In this document: positions 36,753-49,855 of the stretch, piece after piece | Numbering within the stretch: position 1 is the stretch's first letter | Layout: every line of letters starts with the position of its first letter | Source of the DNA: Basidiobolus meristosporus CBS 931.73 | Lineage: Eukaryota > Fungi > Basidiobolomycota | Direction of reading: 5' to 3' | Assembly (NCBI GenBank): GCA_002104905.1 | Contig: MCFE01000381.1 | Coordinates: 20,143 to 84,142 of the forward strand | Length of the DNA stretch: 64,000 bases | The notes under the pieces: model-generated | Seen by the model: the letters and a program-made list of their open reading frames with translations, nothing else | Database searches by the model: none | Told to the model about the DNA's origin: nothing | Position numbers and translations under genes: made by a program

Positions 36753-37553
36753 GTAATGCAAAGTGGGGTTGGGTGCAACAAGCAACAAGTTTTTATTAGG
36801 AAAGCTCTACCAAAGTATGCAATTCTCTTGGCCACAAGCCAACTTTTAAGCCCTTCAATATGGAATTCACACAAAGAAGAGCCAGAGCATGCCTACAAGG
36901 GGGACTAGAATCCAGCAGGGAGAAGGAATATATTAGACTTGTTCCATTGTACCGTGCCAGGGCGCAAGTTTGGTTGGCATGGATGATTGCACCAACTTGT
37001 AATGTTTGCATCATGTGCATGATTGGATACCGCTATTATGGCAGGTAAAATCTGGTATTTGGATATGTTTCTTTGATGTAAATGGAAATAAATGTGTATC
37101 ACACTATAAACTACACTGATACTTACCATTTTAGTAACCATCACTCCAATTGGACGGTATCTCAGTGGTTAATTGGTTCAAAAGTATCCTGAAGCTGGCA
37201 ACCCCCAATTGGCTCATTGACTTCTAAACAAGCTACCTGATTTGCCATCAAATATCCCATTTTGCCCATTGAGCAAGTAAATCCCTGATCCTAGTGATTG
37301 GACAAGGTGTCATAGCTAGCACGCAAGCAAGTGGGTAGGTGCAAAACAGATCCAATAGCTGCACTGGTATTACAGATGATGTATAAATATGCAGGGTGTT
37401 TATTTATAGGGGTTCTGTCTCAAATGTGAGATGACCTTAATATTACTTATATCAAAAACTTGATGATCACTGATTTGCAATGGCTCAATTTGGATTGCAA
37501 AAAAAATGGGTTGTTGGGATCATTACAAATAATTGCAATTCAAAGCAATTGCA

Positions 37554-38801
37554 TCATCTTCTCCTGGGTTTTTTTCTCACAGGGATTACTACTGAAGCAT
37601 TTGGTACTGACTCACTTTGCACACCTATACTACTTCCTGGCTGACTATCATCTTGGCTACATGTGTATTTGTAGTCAGTATTTTGCCTCCTAGTTGATGA
37701 GTGCAATGCTGCAGCTTGGCCATGCTGAATTACTCCAACTGAACCAACTGAACCGGCCTGGAGTACTGTGCGCTGACGCGTTCTTTTACTTGCCAAGGGT
37801 TCTAGTGGTTCAGGCACTTCATGTTGGTTATCATCAGTCAGTTCACCAGAAGTAACTTGCTGATGGTCAGGCAAAATGGCACGTGCAGGCATGCCTTGAC
37901 GCGCTGAGATGGCCCTTGGCTGAGTTTGATGTGATGCTGCATGTTGACGCAACTTAGTCCGCTCTAATGGACTTGTGTCTAAATCAGCAGTTTGGCAAGT
38001 TCTGGTAGTTTTGCTCTGAAGCGTGCGCATTGACCCAATGCATGTTGACTCAATGTGGGGCACTCTGGTAAAGGTTGTTGACGTAGTCTGGACTGATGTG
38101 TGCCGGCGTGCTGTGGTTGCAAGAGATGGTAAGGAATCCAGCAAGGCGTGCTGGCGCAATCTGGACAATGTTGCTCATGGTCTGTATTCTTCCTGCTGAA
38201 GCTCACCATCTGATTCCTCAAGGTATTCACTTACCCTCTGTCTGATACTTTGAAGCTGTTTTCTGGATGAGTCCTGTGTATATTGCTCTTGGAAGCCACT
38301 TAGCTCTACTAATATATCACATAGTAAATTAGTCATTCGAGGCAAAAACTCATTCAAGATCTCTTTGGTTCCCAAAGTTGAGGCACTAACGGATACGTCT
38401 GGCCCGTACTGTGCAAATTGCGTGTGAAATTGTTCCTGCGCAGCTTCTTCATCAAATCCCCTCACTCTCAACTCATTCTTGATTTCAATTCTTGTCTTGT
38501 TATATATCTTCTTACATACATTGGCTGGCATCTTGATGTAGAACTCATGCCACAGCTTTCTACTCAAATTCTTCCATCTTTGTCAACTCTCTGAGGTATC
38601 TAGTTCTGCTAGATTAATCAGTAGTGCCCAAATATCTGTATGAAGGCTCATCATAGACACTTGGGCCATACTAAAATCATTTGGCAAGAACTCAAGTGGA
38701 TCCAACATCTACTTTTCTGGTCCAGACCTTGCTTGTGAGCGGGGGGATGGGTTTTGTGAGGGTTGTACTAAAGATGAGTTGAGACTTGGTATGGGGACCA
38801 T
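37554..38801 (-). pseudogene. About 415-codon ORF with 3 in-frame stops; F-box-like or Myb/SANT-like N-terminal segment and a C-terminal NLS-like KKPRRR
   Basis: One frame from the ATG at 38801 to the stop at 37554. Stops at 38709-38711, 38583-38585 and 38175-38177 join the listed ORFs 38175-38567 and 37554-38168. Confidence 0.65.
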
Positions 38802-39278
38802 TGCAACAGATTTGGATATTTATACAGCAGTATATTGGCATCAACCATGGTCTTATATGAAATATATATGAAAACTAATGTGATTGATGAATTTTCCATA
38901 TATTATGCATGATGCATCTTGGATTGTCTTGACACAAATCAGATCACATCAATTGCAGATTTCCTATTTGATTATAGACCTATGAGTAAAGCATCAATAA
39001 AAGTACCAAGGCATTGTTTGGGGATAATTTTTGCAACATAATGATGTGATACATGGCAATTGATGGAGATTTAATCATAATACATTAAAAACCAGATAAA
39101 TAATGCAGATTGCGCTGAATCAATTCAAACCACCTCCATACAATCATCCACCAACTTTAATATGACTTGCTCATCTGAATGGTCTTTTCTAATCAATCCC
39201 ATCACTACCACTGGATTTCCTTTTGACACACTAGAGGAGATCTATTCCAAGTACTGTGGACCATCAACCCCAATCTAG

Positions 39279-40037
39279 TCAAGAAGATCCCTTGTAAAGC
39301 TTCTCTGCTATTACAAGCACTATTGCCCTACAAGGATTCATCCCACCATTCATGGCAACAAAAGTCCTAGAAGCTTTCATTCTCAGCTGACAGCAATGGA
39401 GAACCACCTTGCAGAGTGTATGAATGACTTGGAGCAAGCTTGGAATACTAGGTTCAGAAGCTCCAATAGACTTCCATATCCCAGAGTGTTCAGCAACAGG
39501 TTTCATATCAGGAGTATTTTGGATACCTTCCCAGTAAGGATTAACAGACCTTCTAGAGGGCAGAGGCACTTTTATTCTGGCAAGTACACAGCACACTGTG
39601 CAAAGTTTCAAGCACTGTCTGACATTGAGGGTAACATCCTCTGGTTTAGTGGGACATTTGCTGGAAGTAGGCATGAGAAAGCACTCTGGGTAGAAAAATC
39701 ATCCTGAATTCAGTAGAGGGGAGAAATGTATGGCAGACTTAGCCTATATAGGAGAGGATTGTCACAGATTAGGATGTATTAAAGCTTATAGGAAGCCAAG
39801 GAATGGTGTGCTTAGCAGGAAGCAGAGCTCTACAATGAGATATTTAATCATTTCAGAGTGAGGGTAGAGGACACATTTGGATATCCAAAGAGATTTAGCA
39901 TATTGGCAGGTAAATACAGAGGAAAGTCATATATAGGAGAAAACAGCAGAATAGGTAAAATAGTTAAGATACTTTTTAATGCACAGTATGCTCATAAAAG
40001 AAGACATCCACTGAGAGAAATGTCTGGAGCATTATGA
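39279..40037 (+). pseudogene. DDE_Tnp_4-type (IS5-like PIF/Harbinger or ISL2EU) transposase relic
   Basis: ILDTFPVRINRP..QRHFYSGK..HCAKFQ..GNILWFSG..GSRHE. After frameshifts: MADLAYIG, YRKPRNG, YNEIFNHFRVRVEDTFG..FSILAGKYR. Confidence 0.88.
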
Positions 40038-40147
40038 AGAGTAAATAAAGCAAGGAAAGCACTATTCTGAGCAACATAAGTAAGATTGAGTAAAATTACC
40101 AGTAACTGTATCATACCACTGGCATCATGGTAGAAATTATAGTGACA

Positions 40148-40195
40148 GATAGTGCCGTAGAGTGCCAGATTGATCTGGCACTCTGTGGCACTATC
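40148..40195. repeat. 23-bp-arm hairpin built of GGCACT motifs
   Basis: gatagtgccgtagagtgccagat-tg-atctggcactctgtggcactatc (2 mismatches). Confidence 0.85.
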
Positions 40196-40859
40196 CAACA
40201 GAACAAGTCTATTAGCTAAATACCAAAAAGTTGTTTGCAGATATTCAGCAGGTATTCATGGCAGAGGTGGTGGCAAACCAGCATATAATTGCAGGATGTA
40301 TATGTTACCAGCAGTACAAGGTATATGGTAGCTTTGCAAGTATCATGCTAAAAGACCATAAAGTTGAGGTGATAGTAGTATGTCAATTGAAGCAGATGAG
40401 CACTTTTGTAGAGGTTAGTAAGCAGGAGACAATAGTATTTTTTATTCATACTATATGTGGAATACCCATGGTGGTGATGGGTAGCAAATAAAGAGGGGTG
40501 ATTCCACAGTGCAATATATGAATTGCACAAGGCCAGGTAGAAAAAGAAAACACCATTTGGTATATTGGTCCAGTGGCATTGTACAGAGCTAGCTGTAGGC
40601 CACAACACTGCCATGATAATGCCATTGGAGACATGCAATGAGACCATCAAACACCATCAAGTTTCTTGCCATAAGAGGCAATTGGATGTACTGGTTGTTT
40701 AGATCCATTTAAATAGTTACAGGGCACATTAAGACCACAACTATGCCATACAATTACTGCTACAGCACAATTTAAACCCTGTCAAGTTCTGGAACTTTAT
40801 TGGGTGGTAAAATTAGCCAAATGCCATCAAGATCCATCAAAAGATAGCTTAGAGGGTCA

Positions 40860-42710
40860 CTAATTCCAGACTGCTGGTATTATGACGGTCTCCAAATAGG
40901 ATCCTGATGGCTGATCTGAATTGGATCCACCCACAAGACCAAAGGCATTTTCATAGGACACTCCATACACTTTAGAATGTTCCCAATAGCCAAGAATGTT
41001 CTCTTTTCTACTCTTTGGCTCCAACTTTGAGCATTTTTGTCAGCAATACAGCAGAAAACTTCACTGCAAAAGACCCTGAAGAGCTGGAGGTCTGGTTTTA
41101 CTTGTATATGATTCAACAAATGTAGAATCATGTAATGCTGCTGCTGGACATCAATTCTTGATTTGTATTGCAGTAGCAACAAATTTGGCCCAAAGCATGT
41201 GGAGCATTCCCTTAACACACAGCATACTTCTTGCCATCTCTACCATTGTCCTCTTTGCACATGCTACTACTCCATTTTGCTGTGGAGCATGTGGGACAGT
41301 GGTTGGTTGAAGTAGACAATTAGCTGAGCAGTACTCTACAAGCTTGTAAAAACAATATTCTCCTCCATTGTCTCTTGATGTTACCCTATATTACCCTTGG
41401 TTGGTGATTCTGCCATGTTCTTGAAGTACTTGAGCATCCTTTAAGCCTCATCTGTTGTGTTGTATTATGATTAGTTTGGGGCTTGTTCTACAATGTAGAG
41501 GCTGATCAACACTATACAACAACTTCCAGTATGCTAATACTGAAATAGTTTATTGGGAGTTTGATATACCAACAGAAGATATAACTTTCACTAATTTCCT
41601 CAATCTTAGGCTCAAAATATACTGTAGGCAGAGTTTATCACTTCTACAGCAGTGTTCTGACCTTCTGTCAACTAATGGGCTTATTTACTTTTGTAGTAAC
41701 TTTTCCTTATTTGGCAGTCACTTTCCTTTCTGAGAAAATATTTCCTAATATGGAAATTCTGAACTCCCCTTTAATCTAAAGGGGTGTGTTGTAGAAGTCT
41801 CTAAAGGGGTCTTTAGACCTAAAGGGGTGTCTAAAGGGGTGTCTTTAGAGTAAAGGGGCTTCTTGTAGTGGTCTCTAAAGTGGACTTTACACTAAAGGGG
41901 TGCCTAAAGGGGCTTCTTTAGAGTAAAGGGGTCTCTAAAGGGGTCTTTAGACTAAAGGGGTTGTCTAAAGGGGTTTCTTAGAGGGGCTTTTCAACAGAAG
42001 TGGTAGTGTCTTGTAGAACTTAGATTGGATTTTTGTGAACTTTGCAGTCTCTTTACTGATGTAGTACTGATCAAAGTCAGAATACTCAACAGTGCAAGTG
42101 ATGCAGGGGAAGTCTTATAACCTTTAAACTTGTAATTGTAGTGTGCAGATTCTGGAAAGAGAGGCTCTCCCTTTATTTTTTGGCTGGGGAAGTCATATAT
42201 ATGAAAATTTTGAAGGATCAAAGTTTTTGGGTGATTGCGCAAGCAATACACGTGATACAAAGCTAAAATTTGCAGTGGCACAGATCGGACATAGGCGCAG
42301 CACCTGTAAGAATTTCACGTGATTTGATTGGCTGGTTCAAAAGTTACACACGATCAAAGTCACCATAGTAATCCTAGCAAAAAGGCATAGTATATATAAT
42401 AATTGGACTCTTTTGGTCATAACTCCTTAAGTACTGCTTCAAATGAGCTGTAATCTGAAACATGTGTTGGCTACTATGTGTTCTGTATGACATAATAATC
42501 TTGGGTGGATTGGTTGTCAGGGTCTGGAGCATTTCTTCTTCAAAGTTGGAAATTCTTGATCTTTCACTTGTGTGTTACAATAGCAAAAAGCAAAATAAAG
42601 AAATGAGTGCAATATTGGTTGAGATATTGTAGTAATGGAATACCTCCATTACCACACATCCTTTGTCAATGCATAGTACACCTATGCATATCTTGTCTTT
42701 GTTAACATAT
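40860..42710 (-). mobile_element. Copia-5: old copia integrase fragment, interrupted by solo LTR-C
   Basis: Minus strand TRYA*VYYALTKDEA|..DNGGEY..TVPHAPQQNGV..RTMVEMARSML. Confidence 0.75.
41453..42656 (-). mobile_element. Solo gypsy LTR-C
   Basis: Homologous to 14062-15218; unambiguous 4-bp TSD CATC. Confidence 0.93.
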
Positions 42711-45371
42711 TGGACTATTTGGTATTTTTCAGCAGATAAAAATTTGCTCAGCACCTCTATACTAGTCTTAGTTACTATAGGACTATTTCACAGCCCTAAC
42801 TTTGCCACTCTCTTTAAAATCTACTATCTTATGATTATTCCCTTATAGTCAAGATCAAACTAGAACTTTTACAAAACATTATGCACTCACTCTGGAACTG
42901 CAATAGAATGCTCCTGAATGTTAAGGAACTCTCCTTAATTAGTGTTATAGTAGTATTACATATAACAAGGTTTAAATGCTGAGCTTCTTTGTGAATAAGC
43001 AACAGCTCATCTATTATCTTCATTTCTTGATAAATTTGTTATATTCAAAAGACTACTTAAACTGCAGTAGACTATGAGTCCTTACTGACTTAACCCATTC
43101 TAGTGATGACTACTACCAGTAAGCAGAAGAGTACAAACATCTTCTCTGTAAAGAAGAGGCTTGAAGGGAAGAACTACTGACTTTGGAGAATCAAGATTCA
43201 GATCCACTTTGAAGAAAGAAAGTTTTGGAATAAAGTAACAAGAAAGAAATTTGAGCCCAAAGTAGCAGCAGAAGAAGTTGAGAAGTTTCAAGAGAAGGAG
43301 AAAAAGCCTGTAACCCTAAGGGAAGTTCTAGAGAAGACCTTTAGAGCAAAGTCATTATTAAGCAACCTTTACTTAACAAGAGTGTTCTTCAACATTGAGA
43401 AGAAGTCAGAGGATGAAATACTCCAACATGTCACCATAATGGAGACACTTGCACAGCACTTCACAGTATCAATGCTGGCTTATATGATGACAAGAAGATA
43501 CTCTGTCTACTTTGCTGCTTAACAGACAACTATGAGCCACTCCTACTTTCTTTTGACAACAAAGAAGACAATATGACCTTAGATTATGTCAAAGAAAGAC
43601 TCCTGCATGACGAACTCAGACTTAATGACCAGACAGATAAACTGAAGATAATGCTCTATTCAACTCAGAAACAAACATGGTAGAAGAGTAATCAACAGAA
43701 CCCAAGAAAACCTGGTTGCTGTAGCTACTCCAAGAAACCAAGACACTAGGCAAGAGAATGAAATATGAAACAAGCAGACAAAGAACAGAAACAGGAGCAG
43801 GCAAACCATACAACTACAGATGAGCAGTTATCTATAACTGTACACATGAGTGCAAGTAATCATTGTAATGAATAGTGTATTGATGCTGATGCATCACAAC
43901 ATATTTGCTGTGTAAAGTAGTGGCTCAGCCACATGAACACTATTGGTGCAAGAAAGGCTAATCTGGGAGACAACTCTGCATTGGAAGCTACTGCCAGTAG
44001 GTCTTACAACTAAAAATGACTGAAATCTGCATTTACTAAGTTGAGCTGCTCAATTTGGAGTGCAAATGAACAAATGATTGCATTGAGAATTGATGATCAC
44101 AGTGTATACAAATTGCAACACAAGATCATTGTACCCTAGAATGTTAATGCTGCTGAAACTGATAAATTTGACCAGGAGATATGGCATAGCAGTCTAGGAC
44201 ACACTGGGGAGCAGAAAATGAGCCAATTGGTGAAAAATTAACTTGTCTTGAGCTTTAAATACTAAGTTCCAATCAAAATGCTTATTTGTAAGGGATGGTT
44301 TTTTGGCAAACAAGCAAGGCAACCTTTCAAGAGCTCAGGACCCATTAACACCGCCAAAATATTGGCTATTGTGCCCTCAGACATATGTGGGCTCCTGAAA
44401 ACACTGTCCTTTGAAGCCAAGATATTCTTTATGATGTTTTTGATGACAAGCCAAGATATACATGGGTGTGCCTCTTTATGACAGCAGATGAGGCTCTTCA
44501 AGCACTTCAAGAATAGGATAGAAGCACAAACATAGCGTAGATTGAGTGTACCTTGAAGTAACAATGGAGGGAAATACTGCTCTGAGGAATTTGCAAAATA
44601 TTGCTCAAGTACTGGTATACTTCAACTTGGCACTTGTTGTGTATCAACATTTAAAACTTTGCCAATTTTACTCCATTTGAAAATCTAGTACCCTATCTGA
44701 TTTTCCCTAACCCAAACATAACAAATCCCAGTTACAGTTTATTTGATCCCACCTCAGAATATATTTTTAGCTATCACACCTGGTCTATTTTCAAATGGTC
44801 ATCACGTTATCAACCTATCTGCCAAGCCTTCCCAGGTGATTAGTCATCTGAGATCTATCCAACCACTGTGCAGTTGCCAAGACATCAGTTGATTGATGAT
44901 GTAATTTTCATTTATCTTATGCACCTATGAACACCCAAATTGATTTCAATCAATCCAGTCCCTTGGCGCTTACTAATTCAACTTGATCAGCAAAGTATAA
45001 ACAAAGTGTATTGAACCTTTTGGTTTAGTGTGTGTCTGAATGAAATTAAGATTCTGTCTCAGCAAAAATAAGAATCCAACAATTCCGTTCTAGCTTCTAT
45101 CCAAGCCTAGTATATCTAGCACTCCAAAGAACACCAAGCCTAGCCTGCCTAGCAGACAAATATCATTGCCTTTATAGCCAACCCAGCTATATCCAAGACC
45201 AATATTAGATCAGAATCTTTCTGCTAATATTTCCGCCACTCTCTGACAATTCTAAGATTCTGCACTTAATTGTCCCTTTGGTTCAGTTAAACCATTCAAG
45301 AGTTTTATTACACTTTCTCTTGGATACAACATTTTTTTCGTTGAATTCCATTACATTCAGCTGATTAGAAG

Positions 45372-48300
45372 ATGTCCTCAGCAGCAAGCAACCCAAACCT
45401 TTCCATGTTGGAAGAAGCCAGAAGAAATCAGGAAGAACTTACTGAACAGCTTGAAAACATCATGCTTGAAAGAAATACCATGATGATTGAGCACTCAAAG
45501 CTTGCCAAAACAAGATCTGATAATCACCGTAGAGATGAACTCCTTGAAGTTATATCCGGTTACCAAGATGAAATTGGAATAATTAAGGAAGCACTGGAGA
45601 ATATTGCCATAGTAATTGACAGCATTGAAAATCCACCAAGCCTTGCTCTGTATCAGCCACCAAGAAGTCATGCCTTTGAATCCTCCAGATCTACATCTCC
45701 TTCCAGACCTGCCCCGGTGGTAGTCCCAAGATCCTTGCCTGTTTATGCTGAAGGCTCCAATGCCATCAAGAATCCAACTGAGTTTCTTTACAAGTTTAGT
45801 CAAGTCTTAGCTGCACACCAGCTAGACCCTGACACCAACTGGGTTAGACTTCTGCCTCTCTGCCTCACAATGCAAGATGCTGACTGGGTTGAAGTGAACA
45901 TTCCTTCCAATAGTACGTGGAAAATTGCCCAAAACCTCTTTTGCAGCCATTTTGAAGATCCTCTCAAGAAAGCACATCGGAACTGCAACTTATGGAAAAC
46001 TAAAATGCAAAAGGTGAATCTGTGCAACACTTCTGTGATAGATTCCAAAGACAAATGAGATTAGCTGGAGTTAGTGATGATAATCCATTGCTTACTGCTC
46101 ATTTTCTTTCAAACTTTTCACACCAGCTACAGAGCAACATTGCTATTGTCAAAGCATGCAACCCTGCACGTACCTATGACCAGATCTCAGAGATATGTAC
46201 ACTGGCAATCACCTTGACTGCAGCTGTTAGCCAGACTTCAGGCGGCTCAACCCAATATCCCACAACAGCCGGAAAAGAGACCAGTCATGTGACCAAGAAG
46301 CAGTCAACCGCTACTAAGCACTGTGAGCTTCATGGAAAATGCTATCATTCTACCAGTGAATGCAAAGGCATCACCTAGCAGTCAAACAAGTCAGGAAACA
46401 CCGCAGAAAAGCAGCAAAACACCAAAACTGATAATCCATATGCTGATGACAAGTGCTTTAAATGTGGAAATAGGGGACATAGATCACCTGCCTGTCCTGA
46501 GAAGAACTCCACACCATCAGCCAAAATTACCCAGATCCTTGATGATCATTCAGCCAATGATACAATGGGGTATGAAGAAGCATATGAAGAACTTACAGTT
46601 CAAGATTATCACAACCTCTTTGAGTTTCCGGCTAAACTTGCAACTGTCCAAGAAAAGAAGCAACCAATCACACAGCTCAAAGCCATAGAAGTGCCACTCA
46701 CCCTCAATGGCCAATCATACGTAGCACTACTGGATACTGGATCATCCAACTCAATTGTATCACCCAATGTAGTCAGAGAACTCAATTTGGAGATAGAAAA
46801 ACGACCAGGAAAAATCATTCTTGCAGCTAAGGATCTCTCAGCCCCAAGAATTGGCATTACCAACCCAATCAACATACATTGTGGCTCAGTAACTATAATC
46901 CATCAGATGGAAGTGATTGACATACCAGATGGACCTCAGGTAGTCATTGGTCCGGACACCTTCACCAAACTTGGCTTTCACATAGGCAGACTACCGGTTT
47001 CCTATCCAGGAGTCACTAAATCTCAGCCGCTCATAATGGATCAAATCCCAGAGATTATCTCATCCCAACCGGAAGAAGAGGAGTTAACCCCAACTTTCTA
47101 AGAATATTCTCAATCAGTCAAATTAGATATTCAGCCGGCCATAGAGAGAAATCAGGCCATTCCAAGGAACAGCTTCTGCACCATCCCAGAATCCATTGTT
47201 ACACTAGAGACCCCACCTGGTGAGTCAACATGGAGGAGGCAATACCCAATTCCGCATTCATGTCAACACTTAGTTGATGAGATAGTCCAAAAATGGGCTG
47301 ACAATGGAATTATCACTCAAGCCCCTGTCAACACAACATTCAACAGCCCTTTGACGCTTGCACCAAAGAAAGATGCTGATGGAAATCTAACCCTGAAGAG
47401 ACCCTGTTTGGACCCCAGACCTCTGAACAAGCTTCTCCAAGATGACAAGTTTCCAATGCCAAGAATCCAAGATATCTTTTCCGCACTATCAGGAGCAAAA
47501 GTATTCTCCAAGTTGGACTTGAAGGATGCATATCACTGATTCCAGATCCATCCTGATCATCAGCATAAGACTGCCTTTACTTGGAATAATATGCAATGGA
47601 TGTTTCAGGGAGCTCCCTTTGACCTAAAGACACTTACCAGCAAGTTTCAGAGCGTCATGACTATAATACTCAAGAATGCACCATACGCATTGGTATTTGT
47701 TGATGATGTCATCATATTCTCCACTAACCGTGATGATCATACAACCTATGTCACTGATGTAATCAACAGACTGACAACTGCTGGACTGATTCTCAATGCT
47801 GAAAAGTGCAGTTTTGCCCGCCTCAAAATCAATCTACTTGGATTTATAGTCACACCAGCTGGCCACCAATTAGATCCTTTCAAACTGGTCAATATCCCAG
47901 AATGGCCAAAACCCACTAGCGCCAAGCAACTTCAACATTATCTTGGAGTATTCAACTATTTCAGGGAACACATACCACTCATGTCCTCATTGAGTGCCCC
48001 ATTAGATGCATTACGCCATAGCCCTGATCTCACCTCAGCCTGGAACAAGACTCATGACCAATCCTTTGAGTCACTCTGCCAACTGCTTCCACAAGAACCC
48101 ACCTTATCCTACCCAGACTTTACTAAGCCCTTTGTTGTTGCTACAGATGCATCTAATGTTGGGTTAGGGGCAGTCCTCTATCATGATGAAGACCAAAATC
48201 CGCCTCACTGGATCTCTTTCCAAGCCAGGTCCCTACAACCTGCTGAGAGAAACTACTCTGCTACCAAGAAGGAGCTACTTGCCATAGTCTTTGCCTTGAA

Positions 48301-49855
48301 GAAGTTTCATCAGTATCTATGGGGTAATCCTTTTACCTTGTACACTGACCACCGAGCCCTTGTCTGTATCCACACTCAGAAGACTCTGACTCCAATGCTT
48401 ACCAACTGGCTTGATACTCTACTTGATTATGAATATACAGTTATTCATCACCCAGGAATTCTCAACATCCTTCCTGACCACCTGTCAAGACTTTTTCCAA
48501 CTTCACCTTGGGAGGGACATGTGATTACTGATGTAATCAGTAAACTCTCTACAACTTCCAAAATAATTCCTCAACTGGATTCAGCAACTTGGAAAATCCC
48601 ACCTGAGGAACAATTGGAAACATTGATACAGAGGAGTCATTTACTTGGCCACTTTGGAGCTGACACACTTATGAAGAAGCTACACTCTGATGGATATCAC
48701 TGGCCAAATATCAAAGTTGACTGCTTAGAATTTGTCAAGTTGTGCAGAGAATGTCAACTTTACAATATCAGCCGCCATGGATTTCACCCTTTGAGCCCCA
48801 TCCATGCAAGCCTTCCTATGGATCATATTGCAATTGATCTAGCTGGACCTTTCACCACTAGTGATGATGGTAATCACTACCCCTTTGTAATTGTGGATGT
48901 CTGCACACGTTTTGTCTTCCTCAAAGCCATCCCAGACAAGTATGTGGCCACTATTGCACAAGAACTATTCAAGCTCTTCTGCCTTTTTGGATTCCCTAAG
49001 GTCATTCAATCGGATAATGGAACAGAATTTGTGAATCACGTGATCAAAGCCCTTTGCCAGAATAGCGCCATTGATCATTGTCTGATCACTCCATATCATC
49101 CCAAAGCTAATGGACTGGCTGAAAGACATGTTCAGACCTCAGTGAGCATCATCAGGAAATCTATCAAAGGTATCAAGAAGAATTGGGACAAGTACATTCC
49201 GACTGTACAGTATGCTATCAACACCAAAATTGCCGCTCTACATGGATCAACCCCATTTTCCTTGATGTTTGGAAGAAGATACAACCACTTTGGAGACTAC
49301 CAGAATACAGAGTTAGCAAGTTTGAATACAGATAAGCAAAAGAACCAGCATGAGTACCTTACCAACATTGTCTACCCTGCTATCAGTGCCAGAAGTAAGG
49401 CCTCTCAGCAAAAGATGACCTCAACATACGCCTCAAGACACAGGAACAGCAGCTTCCCAGATGGGTCATATGTCATGACACTAGATCCAATCCGGCAATC
49501 TAAGCTTGACCCCAAGTATGAAGGACCATTCAAGGTTGTCAGACACACTACTGGAGGATCTTAGGTACTTCAAGATAACACTGGAGCACTGCTACCCAAA
49601 AACTTTCCACCTTCCTCACTCAAACTTATTTCTCAAGACCCAGTAACTTCAGAATCCTATGAAGTTGAAGCTATTTTGGACCATGATGGAGAAGAACCAA
49701 ATTGCCTTTATTTAGTCAAGTGGAAAGGCTATGATGCCAAACACAACACCTGGGAACCTTACACCAACTTTGATGATGTTGCCATTATCAATCAGTATTG
49801 GAGCCGCAGAGGAACCCAGATGGTATCAAAAAACTCCTCTTACGGAAGGAAGTGA
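45372..49855 (+). pseudogene. gag-pol: Gypsy-D gag-pol with C-terminal chromodomain
   Basis: CFKCGNRGHRSPAC knuckle, LLDTGSS protease, FVDDVII RT, ATDASNVG RNase H, HLLGH..CREC / IDLAGP / SDNGTEF integrase, KYEGPF. One frameshift about 46020; stops at 46376, 47099, 47537, 49562. Confidence 0.93.
49658..49801 (+). other. Chromodomain-coding segment of Gypsy-D integrase
   Basis: YEVEAILDHDGEEPNCLYLVKWKGYDAKHNTWEPYTNFDDVAIINQYW, in frame with pol after the stop at 49562; aromatic-cage Y/W/Y present. Confidence 0.92.

Noticed and set aside
40540-40860. Clustered CCATCA/GCCAT words, and AATTGCA words at 37470-37560 and 38940-39130, as subterminal arrays
   Set aside because: Too short and degenerate to define element ends by eye; no TIR pair found
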